Of a stretch of DNA of 64,000 nucleotides, positions 58,121 to 64,000 are shown in pieces (the first letter of the stretch is position 1; the number at the start of each line of letters is the position of its first letter). The DNA lies in NCBI RefSeq assembly GCF_036321535.1, contig NC_087437.1, positions 34,164,001 to 34,228,000 on the forward strand, written 5' to 3'. The stretch comes from Camelus dromedarius. Lineage: Eukaryota. The translations under genes were made by a program, and so were the position numbers. Below the pieces are notes generated by a model. The model worked only from the letters and a program-made list of their open reading frames with translations. It was not told the DNA's origin and did no database searches.

Positions 58121-58469
58121 CGAGCATTAAAAACCACTTATCTTAATCATCACAATAATAGCAGAAGGTAGACATACCCTTTTCACATATAAGCTAATTG
58201 GGGTTCATACAGAGTTCCATAGAACTAGGGAACTCAAACTTACACCGGGCTGCCCAGCCATCAGTGGAGAGCTGGGGTTCATGTTCATGTGGGTTTGTGG
58301 GGAGCCAGGCTAGTGTGTTACTTATTCACAAGAACTGTGGCTTCCAGATGAGCCTGTGTCCCAACCCCAGCTCGTCTTCTAGCTATGGAAATCTGAGCAA
58401 GTCATTTAACTTTCTCAACTTCGGCTTCCTTGCAAAAGAAAAAAAAAAAAAAGTGGATCTAGGAACTGG

Positions 58470-58670
58470 TATTTTTTTTTATTGAGATATACTATATATT
58501 TATTAGTTTCAGGTGTACAACATAATGATTTGATATATATGTGAAATGATCAGCTTAGTAAGTCTAGTTAACATCCATCACCACCATAGTTACATTTTTT
58601 TTCTTGTGATGAGAACTTTTAATATCTAATCTCTTAGCAACTTTCAAACAGACAATTCAGTATTAACTAA
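58470..58670 (-). mobile_element. L1 3' tail fragment
   Basis: tagtttcaggtgtacaacataatgattt...ctcttagcaactttcaa. Confidence 0.8.
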
Positions 58671-58849
58671 AATGACATATATACTATTGGTATATTTTTT
58701 ATAAGCTCCCCAGGTGGCCCAATGCAGCACCTACTGGCAGATCCTGGTTTGGTAAGTTACCTTGCAGCTGCCAGATGTGAGGTACCCTTTGCCAGATGCC
58801 ATTTTCTCACTTGTCTCTTCTGGAAATTCTCCTTTGGCTTCATATGACA

Positions 58850-59138
58850 AGCAACTGAGGCCCACGAAGAACTGTGGGCAACTAAAGCCTGAAAAAACAT
58901 GTGAGTGGACTTGGAAGTGGATCCTTCAACTGCCTCTCCCCCAACCCGGAGTTTTCAGAAAACTGTTGCCCTGATGGACAGCTTGCCTGCAATGTCATGA
59001 CAGACCCTGAGCCACAATCAGCCAACTAAGCCACTTACAGATTCCTGCCGCATACAAACTATGAAATAATAAATATTTGTTGTTTTAAGCTGTGAAATTT
59101 GGGGGTAATCTGTTATGCAGCAAAAAATAACTAATACA
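58850..59138 (+). mobile_element. MaLR (MLT1-like) LTR fragment
   Basis: aactatgaaataataaatatttgttgttttaagc...tgttatgcagcaaaaaataactaataca. Confidence 0.7.
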
Positions 59139-61469
59139 AAAGGAAATAAGATCCCATAGTTTGTGCCATGGAATTACATTATTTGCACTTTTAACTTAGG
59201 TAAATTCAACCCTACTTGCTCTGCAAAAGAGGGAGAGAGAACAATCGCAGTGTCAACAATTCTGCCTGCTACTCCAGTGAAATAAGATGATGAGATGAAG
59301 AGGTGGATCTGGTTTCATCAGTCAGTCTCTGACCCAGCCCTGGATATCTCTCATAGGGAAGAAAGTCGCTGCTGGCTGTGTGGCTCATATTTTCAACTAT
59401 CCATGTTTTGTGCAAAGTGGGAAGAGTGAGGCTAATTCACTGACTTGGTTGGGTTCTATATATAACATAGTCAGAATGACCCTGGCATTCCCTTAACTCA
59501 TCAGGACCTGGGCCCAGGGCATCCCCCAACCAAGAACAGCACTGACCTTAGGCCAGTGTAAGAGGGAGCCTACCCTGGGACCCTGGGACCCTGGCTCCAG
59601 AGGACCCTTCCATGGCCCTCCTCCAGCCACAGCCCCAGGAAGGGAGGCATCCATGAGGCCCAAGAGATATGCCCTTCCAGAGCCTGTGCCTCACCCTCAC
59701 TTCTAGATGAGACCCCACACCCCTATCCAAATAGTTCCTGAGGCCATTTCCAGGGACTGCAGAGGACGTTCCCCAGGTCCAGCTTTCCAGAAGCGGGACC
59801 TACCACTAGAGAACACACACCAGGGCCGAGCACAGTGATTAAAGGAATGTGTGTGGAGCTTGCTTGTGCAAGCTGAGTGGTCCACACGTGAGCACAGAGC
59901 CCCTGGCCGTGCAGATGGACCAGCCATGGAAAGTGAGAAGGGAGGCCCACCGACCCCGAGCCAGCTCTCCTAACACTGTCTCACACTAGTGTGGACTGAG
60001 AACTCTAGCTTGACCTGCCCTTCCATGTCATTTGACAGGAATAATTGTCAAGGCAGGAAAACACAGTATATTTCATTTAACAGTGTGTTCGCTCAATTTA
60101 TAACTTCTACATGTTTAGACATATTACATATGGACGTCTGTTTGTACCCTCGCCCACAGTCCCACAAATGATCAGGATGTCCCAGCCCAGAACTGACTTC
60201 CTCATCTTCATTTTGGTTCACTCTTTTGGTTTTTGGCCACTTCATTTTGGCCACTCTTTGCTGAGGGAGCGGAGGCCGAGGCGTTATTTGAGTGAGAGAG
60301 GAGGGCAATGGGATAAGGTGGTCATTTTTCTAGCTCCTTCTCCTTTGACTTAAATGTGTTTGTGTATGATTTTGCCCAAAACATTTGGTTAAATCTGAGG
60401 CCCAAATAGGGCTTGTTTGTTCTTGGGACACTCTCTAGGTAAGGTACGTGCTTGGATTTTTGTACGTGGTGGTTATTGTTTAATCCTTCTGCTGGGGTCA
60501 TTACTCAACTCAGTTGGAAGTGCCCCTTCCAGACCATTTCCCCAGCATCTTCAGATATATTGTAAAAAAAACACTGTGTGTGTGCTTGCCTCAAAAACTG
60601 TATTATATATGCATGGTTTCTCAATTTGTTTTCACCCTAAAATATATCTCAAAGGTCTATCCATCTTAGTAACAAATTTTGCTCTTTATTTTGCACTATT
60701 CCGTTTATAAAGTACTTTACTTAAATTATTTCATTTTGATACTAAATGTACTGTATGAAATTTGAGGCATGCATGTTTTTAGACTAAAAATGTAAGTTTA
60801 TTTATTTTAATTTTTGGAGAGACTGTGTTAGTGGAGAGAGATTTGAAGAGAGAGGGTTTCCCGGAGACATCTTAGAGGGAGAATTCCTTAAATACTGCAA
60901 TATCAGGGTTAGAATCGCTTGTGTAAGCCGTGAATCAGAGACCAGGCATTTTCTGATTTAAATATGGCAAAAATTGCTCAGTTTTCTCTCTGTGTCTGTT
61001 TTCTCTGTGTTGTAGACTCTTGTCTTCTGTGCAGGCCTGGAAAGGTGGGTGCAGCCAAGTAAGCAACAATAGGGTCCTCTTTGGGTAGTGACAATAGCCA
61101 GGGGAATTCTTTAGTTATGTGTTCACGCAACTTTTGCTTTTCTTCCTAAAGGCCACTTGATACGTTCTCTTGAGTTCTGAGCGACTTTGAACTTGCATTG
61201 TTTGTTTTTCCTAGAACAAGGACATCCAATTCTTCGCTTAAGGTACTTTTCATGGCATCCTGGGGCTTGCTAGGCACCTACTTCTCCAGCTGACAAAATG
61301 TGCCAGCCTCCAGGTTCCACAGAGAAAGGGAAGTGTCGCCCACTGCTCACCATGATAGACATTCATCACAGCGAAACACACCACCCCTGACAGCAGGGAA
61401 CTTCGCCCAGAACTGACGGAATCGCAGCACTGAAGCAAAATCACTTATCTAGAAGAATCTTTATCCAGT

Positions 61470-61817
61470 TGTAATGGACTGAATGTGTGTTTCCCCACCA
61501 CCTCCCAAATTCACTGAAGTCTGACCCCCAATGCAATGGTATTAGGAGGTGCGGCCTCTAGGAGGTAATTGGGTTTAGATGAGGTCATGATGGTGAGGCC
61601 TCCAAAATGAGGTTCATTTCCATATAAGAAGAAAAAGAGACACCGAGCTTTCTCTCTCCATCATGTGAAGAAATAGCAAGAAGGCAGCCATCTGTGAGCC
61701 AGGAAGTGGGCCCTTACCAAAGACCAAATCTGCTAGCCTCCAGTGCTGTGAGAAAGAAATGTCTGCGTTTAAGCCACCCAGGCTGTGGTATTTTGTTATG
61801 TCAGCTTGAGATGACAT
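61470..61817 (+). mobile_element. MaLR (MLT1A-like) solo LTR
   Basis: tgtaatggactgaatgtgtgt...tttaagccacccaggctgtggtattttgttatg. Confidence 0.8.
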
Positions 61818-62434
61818 AGACACTAGTCTTTAGGCTTCTATTGTCGACAACTGTTACCATCATTTTGGCGAGGGCTACTCTGCTTTTGCCTTTATCCAGC
61901 TGAACATTGTCTGTTTGTCTCAGTTACTTAAAGAGACACGGAGTGTGGGAGGAAGAGATTCCAGGAAAGAGAACTTAGTCTGAAGTTATCATTCCTGCCT
62001 CCTACACCCCTTCCACCCCCATTCTAATCATGCACCTGACGATGTAAATACCTTGTGGACTGATTTCCTAATCTAGTTTTATGGTATATCCCTGGGTCTT
62101 CAATTAACTCTAGAGCTATTGCAGAACAATAAAACATCACTCAGCACAATCTTAACTCACCTTAATTGTAAAAATTCAACAACATCTGGTTCTTTCTTCC
62201 CCCTAGAAGACAACAGAATAATTGTCATTCCAGAAAAATTCCAAATTTTCCTTTTCTTATGTTTTGGCATTGTTTTATGTGTAAACCCTGTCCCCCAACT
62301 TTTGATTGTAGAATCTGTAAGTATTAGGGTGTTAGTCAAGCTGAAAACAAATTTAGAAAATTTTGCTGCACAAAGTGAGGTCCACAGGCCAGCAGCAGCA
62401 GCAGCATCTGGGAGCTTGTTAGAACTAAGTCTCA

Positions 62435-62597
62435 GGGGGAGGGTATAGCTCAAGTGGTAGGCGTACATGCTCAGCATATATAAGGTCCTGGGTTCAATGC
62501 CTAGTACTTCCATTAAAAATAAATAAATAAGTAAACCTAGTTATCTACCGCCCCAAAAAATTAAAAAATAAAATAAGAAATAAATTTAAAAAATAAG
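62435..62597 (+). mobile_element. tRNA-derived SINE inserted into a MER5A-like element
   Basis: Consensus head and A-rich tail. Confidence 0.9.
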
Positions 62598-64000
62598 AAA
62601 TGCAGAAACTTGGGCCCACCCAGCTCTACACTGTAACACAACTTCCTGGTGATCTGTATGCACCTTACAGTTTGAGAAGCACTGGTTTATGAGATACCAG
62701 TAGTTCCCAGACTCTCCTCCAGGAGGGCCAGAGAGCCAAATTTGGGATGTTAACATTTGGAAGAAAATCCAAGTCACTGTGGGCTCACTGAGGACAGCAC
62801 CCTGGGGACCCAGGTCACAGCCTGCCCCCTAGGTGAGGGGAGGTCAGGAAAGGGGGCAGCATTTTCAGTTTAAGTAATGAGTTTAAATAATGAGAGGAGG
62901 GAGTCTTTAAAACGTAGGCAAGGGGGTTCCGCTGCTGGGTGGCCGAAAAGAATGACAGACCTCCACTCCCAATGTATTTCTTTTTGGAAGAATGGTGGAG
63001 TCCAGCTCTGCCTTTCCCTGCCCAGTCACCTGTAGCAAGTGCAGGGACATTGCAGAGCCTCGGTTTCCTCATCTTTAATATTGTTTTAAAATGATAGTTT
63101 CTATGTACACAGAACTTTACAGTTTACATGCCCATACACATATTTTCATTTGTGCTCCAGGACAACTCTGTGTGGCAGATCAAGAGAGTAGTGTTACGTC
63201 CATTTTACAGATTGGAAAAGAGAGACACAGAGTGACCTGCCTGAGAGTGCCAAGATCACAAATCTTCAAACCCTTGTGCTGTGACCCTGTAACCACAGCC
63301 AAATGAGTTCAAGTATGTGATAGTAAATTGAAAACTGTAATGTGTTATTCCAATAAAAGGGGTTCCTTATTACTTAAGTAACACTCCACAAATATGCATC
63401 TAACTGAACTGAATCACCCACCAGGATGCTGACCCCAGGATCAGCGACCCCCTTTTTCTCTCCTTGGATTATGGTGAAACTATTACCACGAAAAGCTAAT
63501 ATCAGTGATGAAGTGCATATTAATGAGCAATAAAGGAACTCCCAGAAACCAAGATGGAAAGAGCTGATCACACTGAAATTGCTTCATTATTTAAAGTCTT
63601 CTGCAGAAAGTAACTGAGAAAATTTTATACATTTCTTTTGAACTATTTTGAAGAACTAAAATGATGACCATTTCAATTATTTGTTATTTATCCTCTACTT
63701 TCCAAGTTCTTCTCCCATGTCCTACAGGATCAATTCTAGGAGGTTAAAAGGCAACAAAAGGACCAGAACAATGATAAGAGCAGAATTCAGGTCTTCTGTT
63801 CTCAAAATCAATGTTTATTTTGAGTTTTTCAAATAATGAGTCTCTTCTATTTTTATCTCTAGAAAGACACAATGGTTTCCTTTTATCTGTCTCTTACCAG
63901 TAGGTCACACCCTACGGTTCTTTTACCATCTGTTATGAATTTCACCAACTGCAGTTCTTTCTTTGTCATTGATGTTACATCCAAGTGAAAGGCTTTTCAA

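Noticed and set aside
2843..62597. Multiple tRNA-like sequences
   Set aside because: They carry A-rich tails and TSDs and are diverged from one another, so they are SINEs, not tRNA genes.

Overview
Mammalian genomic DNA, most likely camelid, judged from the recurrent tRNA-derived SINE and the IL-12 p35 sequence. Two genes lie tail-to-tail. (1) IL12A (IL-12 p35) is on the + strand: 7 coding exons at 9918-16296 give 222 aa, with a CpG/GC-box/ISRE/NF-kB/TATA promoter and an AU-rich 3'UTR. (2) A gene I cannot name is on the - strand and is largely invisible in the ORF track. I reconstructed it by hand as 18 phase-compatible GT-AG exons (56287 to 24272; 1566 nt; 521 aa) starting in a CpG island. 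It encodes an acidic, Ser-rich, probably disordered N-terminus built from micro-exons, an NLRP1/CARD8-type FIIND (ZU5-UPA), a basic linker and a C-terminal death domain in place of a CARD. The FIIND keeps the catalytic His and an SL|SP autoproteolysis site. This looks like an intact CARD8-like tripwire sensor wired to a death-domain pathway and is the main finding. The rest is ordinary interspersed repeat (SINEs, L1, L2, MIR, MaLR/ERV LTRs, MER elements, microsatellites). Exon coordinates were read base by base. Repeat boundaries and family names are approximate and come from recognition, not a database search.
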